DNA of 64,000 nucleotides. Source: Candidatus Binataceae bacterium (GTDB lineage Bacteria; Desulfobacterota; Binatia; Binatales; Binataceae). Below, in pieces: positions 9,923 through 19,527 of this stretch; position 1 is the first letter of the stretch, and each line of letters starts with the position of its first letter. Position numbers and translations under genes: made by a program. The notes below the pieces were generated by a model. The model made no database searches, was not told where the DNA came from, and saw only the letters and a program-made list of their open reading frames with translations. The stretch lies in contig JBOHWL010000192.1 of assembly GCA_050736615.1 (NCBI GenBank), positions 1,865-65,864 of the forward strand, in the 5' to 3' direction.

Positions 9923-10759
9923 ATGAAATTCGGCCTGTTCGGCATCAACATGCGGCCGTGCGTCACGCCCGAAGCGATCGCCTCGGTGGCGCACGCGGCC
10001 GAGGCGGCGGGATATGACAGCGTGTGGGGTGGTGAACATATTCTGCTGCCCGATCCGCAAAGTCCCTCGTGGCCAATGCCACCGCTCACGGACTTCATCG
10101 ATCTGACCGTCACGATCGCTTTCGCCGCCGCCAACACGCGCACGATCCAGTTCGGCACTGGTATTGTGATTGTGCCGTTGCGGAACCCGGTGATTTTGGC
10201 CAAGCAGATTGCGTCGCTCGGGGTGATAACCAACGAACGGCTGATCTTCGGAATCGGAATTGGCAACATCGAGCCTGAATTCAACGCCGCCGGAATGCCG
10301 TTCGATCACAAGGGGCGGCGCGCGGAGGAGTCACTGGCGCTGATGAAAGCGCTGTGGACGATGGAACAGCCGCGGTTTGACGGACGCTTCTTCAGCTTAA
10401 GCGGCGTCCGCGCGGAACCGCGTCCACACAAGCCGCCACCAATTATCTTCGGCGGTAAATCCAATTACGCTTTCAGCCGCACCGCGCGGCTTGGTGACGG
10501 ATGGTTTGGCTACGCGCTCGAGCTGGACGCGGCGGCGAAATGTATCGAAGAAATTCAACGGGCTTGCGTACAACACGGACGCCGCTTCGAGGAGCTTGAA
10601 ATCAGCGTCACTCCAAAAGCTCCACTCAACTTGGACCTCGCGCGTCGCTACGAGGATTTGGGTGTGCAAAGGCTCATCGTGTCACCGCGTGTGCGCACAG
10701 CCGAGGAAATGATCCGTTTCGCTCAAGAGACGGCACACGGCATCATCAGCGTCTTCTGA
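9923..10759 (+). CDS. LLM-class (luciferase-like) F420-dependent oxidoreductase
   Basis: TIM-barrel LLM signatures (GGEHILLP, FGIGIGN) at the ~280 aa length typical of the F420-dependent LLM subclass. Confidence 0.75.
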   Translation: MKFGLFGINMRPCVTPEAIASVAHAAEAAGYDSVWGGEHILLPDPQSPSWPMPPLTDFIDLTVTIAFAAANTRTIQFGTGIVIVPLRNPVILAKQIASLGVITNERLIFGIGIGNIEPEFNAAGMPFDHKGRRAEESLALMKALWTMEQPRFDGRFFSLSGVRAEPRPHKPPPIIFGGKSNYAFSRTARLGDGWFGYALELDAAAKCIEEIQRACVQHGRRFEELEISVTPKAPLNLDLARRYEDLGVQRLIVSPRVRTAEEMIRFAQETAHGIISVF

Positions 10760-10832
10760 CGCAATCCGGCCGTTTGGCTTTGGCGATCGCATTGAGCACG
10801 CCCTCGCCATCCACGCATTGACTTGTTACAAG

Positions 10833-11696
10833 CTAAAGCTTCTGCGCGCGTTCAATCACCGTCGCCGCTTCCTTCATCGCCTCAGCCGCATCGCCGTGCG
10901 CCGTCCGTGCGGCACCCACCACGATACGGGTTACTCCGGCCTCCTCATAGCGCTTCATGAGATCGAGCGCGGGCGTGGTTGGCAGCAGAACGGAAAACTC
11001 AAGCGCGGCCGGGTCTCGCCCGTACGCTTGCGCCATTTGCCGTATTTGCGGAATACAGGTGCGCGCCTGTTCCGCGCTGAGTCCGCCGGGGCACCAGCCG
11101 TCGGCATAGCGCGCCACACGCTTGAGCGCGTATTTCGGGTCATGTGCGCCGAGAATAATTTTCGGTCCTGGCTTCTGCAGCGGCTTGGGAAAAAGCCTGA
11201 CCGGCGGAAATTTGATGATTTCGCCGTGGTAGCTGGCTTCGTCCTCGCGCCAAAGCATGCGCAAAGCTTCGATCGATTCGCGCATCCGCTTCCATCGCCG
11301 GACGAAGTCGAGACCCATGATTTGCGCCTCTTCAGGGAACCATCCCGCGCCCGCACCCATTATGAAACGTCCATTCGAATACAAATCGAGCGAGGCGGTG
11401 GCTTTGGCCGTTTCAATCACGTTACGCTCAGTAAGCAGGCAGATGCCGGTGGCGAGCTTGATGCGCGAGGTGGCGTGGGCGGCAATTGACAGCGCGACGA
11501 ACGGATCAATCAGATGCGCGTAGAAGTCCGGCACCTTGCCGTCGGCGGAGCGTGGATAATAGGTGGTGTAGGCAGCCGGCATCACCAGATGCTCTGCCAC
11601 CCAGAATGATTCGAACCCCATCCGTTCCGCGGCACTGGCGATATCTCCGGGGTTGCCGGATTTTTCCGTCAAAAAAGCGAGCACGCCGGTCTTCAT
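10833..11696 (-). CDS. LLM-class (luciferase-like) F420-dependent oxidoreductase
   Basis: Motifs FWVAEHLVMP and MGAGAGW at ~287 aa. Convergent with the LLM gene at 9923..10759. Confidence 0.75.
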   Translation of the reverse strand: MKTGVLAFLTEKSGNPGDIASAAERMGFESFWVAEHLVMPAAYTTYYPRSADGKVPDFYAHLIDPFVALSIAAHATSRIKLATGICLLTERNVIETAKATASLDLYSNGRFIMGAGAGWFPEEAQIMGLDFVRRWKRMRESIEALRMLWREDEASYHGEIIKFPPVRLFPKPLQKPGPKIILGAHDPKYALKRVARYADGWCPGGLSAEQARTCIPQIRQMAQAYGRDPAALEFSVLLPTTPALDLMKRYEEAGVTRIVVGAARTAHGDAAEAMKEAATVIERAQKL

Positions 11697-11760
11697 CGAA
11701 ATGTCACCTCATCTGGTGTTGCTGTCCTAATCTTCAGAGCAATAGCGCGGCAATGTTCCT

Positions 11761-11928
11761 AGCAGGCTGTTGAAAAAATCACAGCCTGCTCCCCCGCTCT
11801 TTCTCTCCCGCAAAAGAGCGGGAGAGCAGCTTGAGGAAAGCAGCCATCTTTGCGCAGGGTGTTGCGGGCACTGGGATGCGGCTTGCGATAAGAACGTCTT
11901 TTTCAACACCCTGCTAGAGGAAATCTCC
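11761..11928 (+). repeat. ~165-bp palindromic MITE/REP-like element, copy A
   Basis: Nested hairpins agcaggctgt..acagcctgct, ctctcccgc-aaaaga-gcgggagag and gcagggtgttg..caacaccctgc. About 80% identical over the full length to 62006..62172. Confidence 0.8.
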
Positions 11929-12200
11929 GCACAAGCCCCAGTTGTCATTCTGAACGAAGTCCGCTTCCAGCGCAGCCCGCAGGAAGCAAGCACGCCAGTG
12001 TAGCGAAGCGAAACGAGCAGGCGAGTCCGCAGCGAGCTGCGTTTTGAGTCAGAGTCTGCGAGGTGTGCTCGAAATAGCGAGGAATGTCGGAAAAGTCGCT
12101 GAAAAGACCGAAAAAACCGGGATACCTCGCTTTCATACGCGCCTCGCGGACTCGTTATTCTAACGCTACTCGCGGACTCGTTCGCTCGGCTTCGCTTGAC
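11929..12200. repeat. composite palindromic repeat segment
   Basis: Contains gtcattctgaacg, the aggaatgtcggaaaag..ccgggatacctcgct unit and direct repeats of ctcgcggactcgtt. It is homologous to the elements at 61863..62003 and 62936..63008. Confidence 0.7.
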
Positions 12201-12228
12201 GTGCTCGCCCCGTCTCAGGCTCCGTTAG

Positions 12229-12753
12229 CTAATGAAAGCGCGCGATCGCATCCTCGATCATGCGCGCCGCCTCTTCCGGTCCAGCCCATTCGATGATTTT
12301 CACCCATTTCCCCGGTTCAAGTTCCTTGTAGTGACGAAAGAAGTGCGAAATCTGACTGCGCAAAATTTCCGGCAAGTCGGTATACGTGTGAACGCCGGAA
12401 TAATAGGGATTCAGCTGATCGAGCGGCACCGTAATTATCTTCTCATCCGGCCCGGCTTCGTCTTCCATCATCAGCACGCCCACCGGACGGCATCGCACCA
12501 CCGCGCCCGGAATTACCGGAATTTGCACCACCACCAGCGCATCGCACGGGTCGCCATCACGCGCCAGCGTATTGGGAATGAAGCCGTAGTTGGCTGGATA
12601 GAACATCGCGGTGTGCAGGAAACGATTGACAAACAAAGCGCCGGTTGGTTTGTCGAGTTCATATTTAACCGGTACGCCTCCTTGCGGAATCTCAATCAAC
12701 ACATTGACGTCCCAGGGCGGCGCTTTGCCTGCCGGAATTTTGCTAACATCCAT
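12229..12753 (-). CDS. ppa: inorganic pyrophosphatase
   Basis: Family I soluble PPase signatures (DGDPCDALV, EIPQGG..KYE) at 174 aa. Confidence 0.95.
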   Translation of the reverse strand: MDVSKIPAGKAPPWDVNVLIEIPQGGVPVKYELDKPTGALFVNRFLHTAMFYPANYGFIPNTLARDGDPCDALVVVQIPVIPGAVVRCRPVGVLMMEDEAGPDEKIITVPLDQLNPYYSGVHTYTDLPEILRSQISHFFRHYKELEPGKWVKIIEWAGPEEAARMIEDAIARFH

Positions 12754-12974
12754 GGAAGAACCTCTAGTTTGAATTTAGGCTTCCGCTCCGTCGGGCGCCA
12801 TGCCGTTGATGACGCACCGCTAACTAACGTCCCGGCAAACTTAACGCCGCAGTATCTTGCCCGCCACCGTGATGATTAAATCAGTAGCCGCACACGCCTC
12901 CGGGCGTGTGGCCAACATAGCGCCAGCCTGGCTCCGCCGCTGCGACTTGCCGACCCTGATCATCTGATACGCAA

Positions 12975-13973
12975 ATGCGCAAAACCATTCTGCAAAGCCT
13001 ACTGGTTTACGGAATAGCCGCGGTGATCGTCTGGTACGTCGCGCGTGACGTTTCGTGGGTGCAGATCTTGCGCACGATGAGTCATGCCACCTTGTGGTTG
13101 TTACTGGTGGCGAGTCTCGGCGGCTTTCTGTGCTGGTTTATCGGCGAGACATTTCTATTCTCGCGATTGTTCAGTTATTTCCACGGACGCACCGGCGCGA
13201 TGGAACTGCTGCCGACAGTCGCCATGGTTTACTTCCTGCAAATCATCAATTCACTGGTAGCCGGCGGCGCTTTTGTCCTGTTTCTGCATACGCGCAAGCG
13301 CGTGCCCTGGATCGCAGGTGGCTGCACCATGATGTTTCAATCCTACGTTGACATCATGCTGCTCGCGATCTTGTCGTTAATTGCGATGGATCTCGTGCCG
13401 AGCTCACCGATCCGGCCGGGACTCGGGTATGCGGCGGGCGTCCTGGGCGCAATCGTGCTGATTACCGGCTTCTGGCTGTTCTGGGAACCGCGCCCAGGCT
13501 TCGGCAAATGGCTGCGATGGCTGTACGAACGGCCCTCGATGGTCAGTTTCAGAATGGCGCGGCCGTCACATTACCTGAGGCTGATGGCCATCAGAGTGTT
13601 GATTTTCATTGGCGCGGGGTTCGCTCTCTATGGACAATTTGTCAGCTTTCATATCAAGGTGCCGCTGATTCAGGTGCTCGCGCTGACACCTTTCGTACTG
13701 GCGATTGGCAATGCACCGATTTCACCAGCCGGCATTGGGACCACGCAACTGGTCTTTACGGTCGGCTTCGCTCATTTCGCCAGCAAAGATGCGCTGATGG
13801 CGGTATCGCTGGCCGCGACCGCCTTCAATTTCCTCTTTCGCATCCCGATGGGCTTTGTCTCCGGTCCCTCGCTCGTAGACGAAATTGCCGAGGCGAAACG
13901 GGAACTCACCACCGGCCACCACGACCAAGTTGGCGCCGATCAGCACCGCGTGAGCGCCGATGCCGAACCCTGA
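12975..13973 (+). CDS. UPF0104 / flippase-like membrane protein
   Basis: Polytopic membrane protein with the APISPAGIGTTQ motif, equivalent to that of the ORF at 2595..3593. Confidence 0.5.
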   Translation: MRKTILQSLLVYGIAAVIVWYVARDVSWVQILRTMSHATLWLLLVASLGGFLCWFIGETFLFSRLFSYFHGRTGAMELLPTVAMVYFLQIINSLVAGGAFVLFLHTRKRVPWIAGGCTMMFQSYVDIMLLAILSLIAMDLVPSSPIRPGLGYAAGVLGAIVLITGFWLFWEPRPGFGKWLRWLYERPSMVSFRMARPSHYLRLMAIRVLIFIGAGFALYGQFVSFHIKVPLIQVLALTPFVLAIGNAPISPAGIGTTQLVFTVGFAHFASKDALMAVSLAATAFNFLFRIPMGFVSGPSLVDEIAEAKRELTTGHHDQVGADQHRVSADAEP

Positions 13974-14012
13974 GTGGATCGCGACGGGGAATCCGCAGTG
14001 AAGCCACCCGAT

Positions 14013-15470
14013 TTACCGTGAACTGGCAACTCCCGGCGGCGGGGGCAGATAATTGCCGAGTGTGGCTCCCAACGACGCTTTGCGCGACAACAGGAAGGCC
14101 ATCAGATCATTCAGGTCCGACGAGGTCAGGGTGCCCGCGAAAGCCGGCATATTACCGCCTCCCGCCAGGATCCTGATCCTGATGTCGTTGGGCGTGAGCG
14201 TGTCACCGATAAGGCTCAGGTTGGGACCGCGCAAACCGCCATAACCGCCGATCGTGTGACAAAACTCGCAGGCGTGGTCGTGAAACAGTTGTGCGCCGCG
14301 AATCACCGCGGGACCATTTTGTTTCCCCACCACCGCGATAGGCAATGGCTTCGCGTCAAAGCGCGGCGACCAGGGCGACACCGCGCCCTCAATCCAGAAC
14401 GAACCCATGGTAATCACGACCAGGATTACGAGCGCGACCGCCCATGGACGCCTGGCCGGATGCCGTTCGCCTTTGTTCCATATCACTGGCATCAGCAACA
14501 GAAAGACGAACGTGCATAACGGAGCCAAAATCATGAAGGTCGATTCGGCGCCGCGCGGCAGCAGTGCGAGCACCGCGAAATACCAGACAAAATACCAATC
14601 GGGCCGCGGTTCATTGGCGAGTAAGCTCGGATTAGGCGGCTTGCCCAGATGAGGCGGTCCAACCGTCGCGGCCAATATCACGACAATCGCCACCACCAGC
14701 GCGCCGAAGACCACGTCGCGCCATGCACCATCGGGCCAGAACGGCACCCCCTTTTCTCTCAGCAGCTTGTCGTATTCCCGGTGGTAGGTTTTCGGGTCCA
14801 CCTTTTCGCCAGGCACGGGCGGAGCCGAGATGCCGTCATGGAAAACCAGGTAAAGGTGGATGAGCAGCAATCCGATGATCGCCGCCGGCAAATAGAATAC
14901 GTGATAGGCAAAAAAGCGGCTGAGACTCGCACCGCTGAGCGTCTTTCCGCCCAGCAGAAACCGCGCCAGGTATCGGCCTATCACCGGCATGCGGCCGATC
15001 ATTTCGGCGGCCAAAATCGTGGCCCAGACCGCTGTTTGGTCCCAGCGCAGAAGCTGACCGGTAAAGCCCATCGCCAACGTCAGGAACAGCAGGCAGACGC
15101 CGGTAATCCAGTTGAGCTCGCGCGGATATTTGTAACAGCCCATCAGAAACACCTGAATCATGTGAATCCCGATGAGCAGAATCATCGCGGAAGCGCCAAA
15201 AAAATGCATTCCGCGCAGCAGATTACCCAGAACCGCCTTGGTGGATATAAACTGGAGGACGTGGTATGCGCTGCCGGTGGACGAAATGTAGCGAGTGGCT
15301 AACGCCGTGCCCGTCGCAATCTGCATAATGAAGCAGATGAGCACGGCGCTGCCAAATACGTAATACCAGTCCGCGCCGGGCGGTATCGGATGCTGCGCGA
15401 GATCGCGGGAAAAGGTGACCAGCCCGGTCCGCTCCTCAAAAGCGTCAATCGCGCTCTTGACCAGATTCAT
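14013..15470 (-). CDS. cytochrome b of a bc complex with fused C-terminal mono-haem cytochrome c domain
   Basis: Cytochrome b haem-ligand helices and a CEFCH haem-c motif near the C-terminus. The likely start is the internal Met (MNLVKS...) at 15470, not the ORF maximum at 15719. Confidence 0.85.
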   Translation of the reverse strand: MNLVKSAIDAFEERTGLVTFSRDLAQHPIPPGADWYYVFGSAVLICFIMQIATGTALATRYISSTGSAYHVLQFISTKAVLGNLLRGMHFFGASAMILLIGIHMIQVFLMGCYKYPRELNWITGVCLLFLTLAMGFTGQLLRWDQTAVWATILAAEMIGRMPVIGRYLARFLLGGKTLSGASLSRFFAYHVFYLPAAIIGLLLIHLYLVFHDGISAPPVPGEKVDPKTYHREYDKLLREKGVPFWPDGAWRDVVFGALVVAIVVILAATVGPPHLGKPPNPSLLANEPRPDWYFVWYFAVLALLPRGAESTFMILAPLCTFVFLLLMPVIWNKGERHPARRPWAVALVILVVITMGSFWIEGAVSPWSPRFDAKPLPIAVVGKQNGPAVIRGAQLFHDHACEFCHTIGGYGGLRGPNLSLIGDTLTPNDIRIRILAGGGNMPAFAGTLTSSDLNDLMAFLLSRKASLGATLGNYLPPPPGVASSR

Positions 15471-15498
15471 CCGCGAAATCTTCCTCCAAACTCCGGCA

Positions 15499-16047
15499 TC
15501 ATTCGATCGGAACCGCGCTGGCCAGGATTTCCACTTGGCCCTTGCGCACACGCACTGGGTATTTGAACAACCCACGCGGCGGCGGTCCCGCCGCGACCGA
15601 TCCGTCCGCGTAATAGACTCCGCCATGACATGGGCACATGAACAGTTTGGCCTTCGGCAGCCATCGAACCGGACAGCCCAGGTGCGAGCAGTTGACCGAA
15701 AACGCGATGAATTCCACACCGGCCACGCGCCGCAACCACGCGGCCGTGAGCGAAGTGACTCCGGCCCACACCATCGGCGAAGGATCCAGGAAGCTTACTT
15801 TCACCGTATCTCCGATCTTAAAGTCATCAATTTTGCCGACCGGCCGCCACACGGTCGGCGTTTTCGCCACCAGCGGGCCGATGATAAATCCGATCACGGG
15901 AACGCCAATCAAGCCTGCGATAACGGCTGACAGAGCCATGCTTAGAATAACGAAGAACTTCCGCCGCTCGATCCCATAGCCGTGATTCAGGCACTCGAGC
16001 TTTTCATCTTCCGTCAGCATGCACCAACTCTCCAATCCATTTGGCAA
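15499..16047 (-). CDS. Rieske [2Fe-2S] iron-sulfur subunit
   Basis: CSHLGC...CPCHGG Rieske boxes and an RRKFF Tat-like N-terminus. An alternative start is at 16020. Confidence 0.9.
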   Translation of the reverse strand: MPNGLESWCMLTEDEKLECLNHGYGIERRKFFVILSMALSAVIAGLIGVPVIGFIIGPLVAKTPTVWRPVGKIDDFKIGDTVKVSFLDPSPMVWAGVTSLTAAWLRRVAGVEFIAFSVNCSHLGCPVRWLPKAKLFMCPCHGGVYYADGSVAAGPPPRGLFKYPVRVRKGQVEILASAVPIE

Positions 16048-16240
16048 GCGAGAAAATCATCAGCAACGCGCCCACGATCGAAAAAAGGTACGATGTGACT
16101 ACGCCTATCAACAGAAAGGTGACGCCCATGGCGAGGATAAAGGGCCAGTAGGTCGGCTCCGGGATATGTTCCGGCGCCGGCGTATTCCATCCCTCGCGGC
16201 GCGCGAGCGCCTCAAGATCGTTACCCTCTTCGTCAGGCAT
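16004..16240 (-). CDS. small two-TM membrane protein, possibly oxidase subunit IV-like
   Basis: 78 aa with two hydrophobic helices. Sits between coxC and the Rieske gene in the same operon. Confidence 0.35.
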   Translation of the reverse strand: MPDEEGNDLEALARREGWNTPAPEHIPEPTYWPFILAMGVTFLLIGVVTSYLFSIVGALLMIFSLAKWIGELVHADGR

Positions 16241-16309
16241 TGGTGCGCTCCAAAACGGATGTCATGCTTCCTTTCGTCGCCGTGACGCCTGGAACTGATG
16301 CGGTGATCC

Positions 16310-16897
16310 TCAAAAAAACGGCCATAGATAGACCAGGCCAAAAATGAAAACCCAGACGGCATCGACAAAATGCCAGTACATCGCGACCGATTCAAAACCC
16401 GCCTGCAGGCCTTCTCCTTCAATCATCGCCGGTGTTTGCGGCAGCGCCATGCGGCCGCTGCCAGCCACCCCAAGCATGATCGCCAGCATGCACAATCCGA
16501 TAAAAACATGGAGGCCGTGAAAGCCGGTCAAAGTGAAAAACGTGCTGCCGAAAAGGTTGGTCGCCACCGTGATGTTGCGGCTAAACAGCCCAGCCCATTC
16601 AAAACTCTCCCCGATCAGGAAGATCGCACCCAGCACAATCGTCAGCGCCAGCCATATCACCAGCCCGCGCCGCCTGCCGTGGCGGAAAGCGTGATGGGCC
16701 AGCGCCATGGTCGCACTGCTGGCGAACAGCGCGACACTGAACAGGCCAGTGCGCAGCGGATTCAGGCTATTCCCCGCACTGGGACCACCCGCCGACACCA
16801 CGTGGAAATAAATGTAGGATACGATCAGGATCAAAAAGAAGTTGGCCTCTGAAAAAATAAAGAGACCGACCGCGAGCTTGCTTTTCGACACCGGCAT
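16310..16897 (-). CDS. coxC: cytochrome c oxidase subunit III
   Basis: Typical COX3 helices with conserved His/Glu pattern. Follows coxA. Confidence 0.9.
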   Translation of the reverse strand: MPVSKSKLAVGLFIFSEANFFLILIVSYIYFHVVSAGGPSAGNSLNPLRTGLFSVALFASSATMALAHHAFRHGRRRGLVIWLALTIVLGAIFLIGESFEWAGLFSRNITVATNLFGSTFFTLTGFHGLHVFIGLCMLAIMLGVAGSGRMALPQTPAMIEGEGLQAGFESVAMYWHFVDAVWVFIFGLVYLWPFF

Positions 16898-16903
16898 TGA
16901 TTC

Positions 16904-18577
16904 TCACCCCGCTTCGGCTTCGACTTTTTCGTCCTCGCGGTCGGGATGAGCGAGGTCCCACAACGGACGGCGTCCCTTCACCGGCGGAACCCGGTCGAAA
17001 TTCTTTTCCGGCGGTGGTGAGGTGGTCGCCCATTCCAAAGTCCATGCGCCCCAGGGATTATCGCCCGCGGCTTCGCCGTACCTCATGCTGATATACAGGT
17101 TCCACATGAAGATCATCACCGAAATGCCTAGCAGATAAGCTCCGGCGGTTGAGATCATGTTCATCGCGCCCCATCCGGGTAAAGCTGGATAGGTGAATAC
17201 CCGCCGCGGCATCCCCTCCAGCCCAAGAATGTGCTGCACCATAAAGGTAAGATTGAAGCCGACCAGCGTGACCCAGAAGTGCAGTTTCCCCCATTTTTCA
17301 TTTAACATTCGTCCGTTAATTTTGGGAAACCAATAGTAAATGCCGGCGAAAAGGGCGAAGACGGTGCCTCCGAATAGTACATAATGAATATGCGCCACCA
17401 CGTAATAGGTATCCGTCATTTGCCAGTCGATCGGCACCACGGCGAAGCTCACGCCCGACAGGCCGCCGATGGTGAACATGATAAGGAAGCCGAGCGCGAA
17501 CAGCATCGATGTGGTGAAGCGAATCCTGCCGCCCCACATGGTCGCGATCCAGTTGAATATCTTGACTCCGGTGGGCAGCGCGATCGCCATGCTGGCGGCG
17601 CCGAAGAAGAGCACGGCGGTATGGCCCAGGCCCACCGCGAACATGTGATGCGCCCACACCGTCATGCTGAGAAACGCAATCGCCACCGTCGAGGCGGCCA
17701 CGAATTCGTAGCCGTAGATCGGCTTGCCTGAAAACACCGGAATGACTTCCGAGATGATGCCGAACGCGGGCAGAATCATGATGTACACTTCGGGGTGACC
17801 GAACGCCCAAAACACATGTTGCCACAGCAGCGCCGAGCCGCCCGAAGAGGGCGTGAAGAAATGCGCGCTTAGCTGCCGGTCGATTAGCAGCATCACCAGC
17901 GCCGCGTTCAAATAAGGCATCACCGTCACGATCAAAAGTGAATTGATCAGCGTCATCCAGACGAACAGCGGCAGCCGCCGAATGCTCATGCCGGGCGCGC
18001 GCAAGCATATAGTGGTCGTCACCAGATTTATCGCGGCGGTCAGGGTGCCTATGCCAATTCCCAGCAACCCAAGAATCCAGTAGTCAACTCCAGGCCCGTA
18101 GGAAAACGCTCTTTCACTCAACGGCGCGTACGCAAACCATCCCATCGCCGGCGCCCCGCCCAGATTGAGGCCGCCGGTGACGAAGCTGAAATAGAGCATC
18201 ACGCCGCCGAAAATCTGCGCCCAGAAACTCAGCGCGTTAAGCCGCGGGAAGGCCATATCGCGCGCGCCGATCATCAGCGGCACCATGTAGGTGCCGAACC
18301 CGATCAGCATCGGCACCAGCACCAGGAAAACCATGGTGGTGCCATGCATCGTGAAGACCGAGTTGTACCATTCCGGGCTGACCATGCGATTGTTGGGCGC
18401 AATCAACTGCGTGCGCATCACCAGCGCTTCAATCCCGCCGCACAGAAAGAAAATGAAGGCGCCGAACAGGTACATGATGCCGATCTGCTTGTGATCGACC
18501 GACGCAATCCAGCTCAGCCAGCCCTCGTGTTCGGTAATTACCGCGCCGGAGGCCTCTTCGAACGTGACCTGTCTCAT
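16904..18577 (-). CDS. coxA: cytochrome c oxidase subunit I
   Basis: WFFGHPEVYI and HHMF motifs with 12+ TM helices. Confidence 0.95.
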   Translation of the reverse strand: MRQVTFEEASGAVITEHEGWLSWIASVDHKQIGIMYLFGAFIFFLCGGIEALVMRTQLIAPNNRMVSPEWYNSVFTMHGTTMVFLVLVPMLIGFGTYMVPLMIGARDMAFPRLNALSFWAQIFGGVMLYFSFVTGGLNLGGAPAMGWFAYAPLSERAFSYGPGVDYWILGLLGIGIGTLTAAINLVTTTICLRAPGMSIRRLPLFVWMTLINSLLIVTVMPYLNAALVMLLIDRQLSAHFFTPSSGGSALLWQHVFWAFGHPEVYIMILPAFGIISEVIPVFSGKPIYGYEFVAASTVAIAFLSMTVWAHHMFAVGLGHTAVLFFGAASMAIALPTGVKIFNWIATMWGGRIRFTTSMLFALGFLIMFTIGGLSGVSFAVVPIDWQMTDTYYVVAHIHYVLFGGTVFALFAGIYYWFPKINGRMLNEKWGKLHFWVTLVGFNLTFMVQHILGLEGMPRRVFTYPALPGWGAMNMISTAGAYLLGISVMIFMWNLYISMRYGEAAGDNPWGAWTLEWATTSPPPEKNFDRVPPVKGRRPLWDLAHPDREDEKVEAEAG

Positions 18578-19527
18578 TTGAGGGTCTCCAGATAAGCCGT
18601 CAGCGCCTTCACATCGTTATGGCTGAGCCTCAAGTCGGGCATATGACTGCCCGGCTTGAACTGATTGGGGTTGTGCAGCCACGCGGCCAGATTCAATGGA
18701 CTGTTTTCCACCGCGCCGGCCGCGAGGATCGAACGGCTGGCGACGTGCGTGAGGTCTGGCCCGATCATCTGGTTCGCCGCCGTTCCTTCAATCGTGTGAC
18801 AGTTGGCGCAGGTGCGTTGCTGAAACAGCTTGGCGCCTTCGATGGCGAGACGCGTGGCGGGCGCCGGCGGAATCGCCAGATTAGCTTTGACCCAGGCGTC
18901 GAATTCCGCCTGCGGTTGCGCCACCACGATAAACCGCATCCACGCGTGCTCGGTGCCGCAGAACTCCGCGCACGCACCCAAATATCGCCCCGGCTTGCTC
19001 GCCTCGAGCCAGATATGATTCGGATGGCCGGGCACTACATCAGACTTGCGCGCCAGTTCCGGAACCCAGAAGTCGTGGATCACATCGGCCGATTTCAACT
19101 CAACCAACCACGGCTTACCCACGGGTATGTGAATTTCATTGGCGGTGACCACGCCCGACTTGAGATAATCCGCCTCCCACCACCACTGATGGCCGACTAC
19201 GAGAAGGTTGGGTTTTCGGCCGGCCGGCACATAAGGATCGGAGTGATGAATCGTAATGACCATCAGGATGAAGAGTACGACCAGGCACGCCGCCGGAATC
19301 AATGTCCAGGCGATTTCCAGCGCGTTCCAGCCGAAAATCTGTTTAGCTTCCGGCGCACCTGGACGGTCGCGGAAGCGGATGATCATGTAAAAGACCAGAA
19401 ACGTGACCAGGGCCAGGATCACCAGCAGGAAAATCGAGGTGCCCAAAAAAAGCTGGCTGATAGCTTTGGCTTGAGGTGAGACCGGACTGAAAACGGCCGA
19501 TGTATTCGAGGTATACAGTCCTGGCAT
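18574..19527 (-). CDS. coxB: cytochrome c oxidase subunit II with fused C-terminal cytochrome c (caa3-type)
   Basis: CuA site (H...CAEFCGTEH...M) and a C-terminal CANCH haem-c motif. Confidence 0.9.
   Translation of the reverse strand: MPGLYTSNTSAVFSPVSPQAKAISQLFLGTSIFLLVILALVTFLVFYMIIRFRDRPGAPEAKQIFGWNALEIAWTLIPAACLVVLFILMVITIHHSDPYVPAGRKPNLLVVGHQWWWEADYLKSGVVTANEIHIPVGKPWLVELKSADVIHDFWVPELARKSDVVPGHPNHIWLEASKPGRYLGACAEFCGTEHAWMRFIVVAQPQAEFDAWVKANLAIPPAPATRLAIEGAKLFQQRTCANCHTIEGTAANQMIGPDLTHVASRSILAAGAVENSPLNLAAWLHNPNQFKPGSHMPDLRLSHNDVKALTAYLETLK

Noticed and set aside
17316-19479. Long antisense ORFs overlapping coxA/coxB (17316..18008 -, 18619..19479 +). Similar cases overlap other real genes: 10818..11489 +, 20047..20838 -, 23401..23985 +, 35965..36768 +, 43501..44415 +.
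   Set aside because: They are Arg/Ala/Pro-rich translations typical of off-frame reading in GC-rich DNA. Each is fully contained in a gene with strong family signatures on the other strand or frame.
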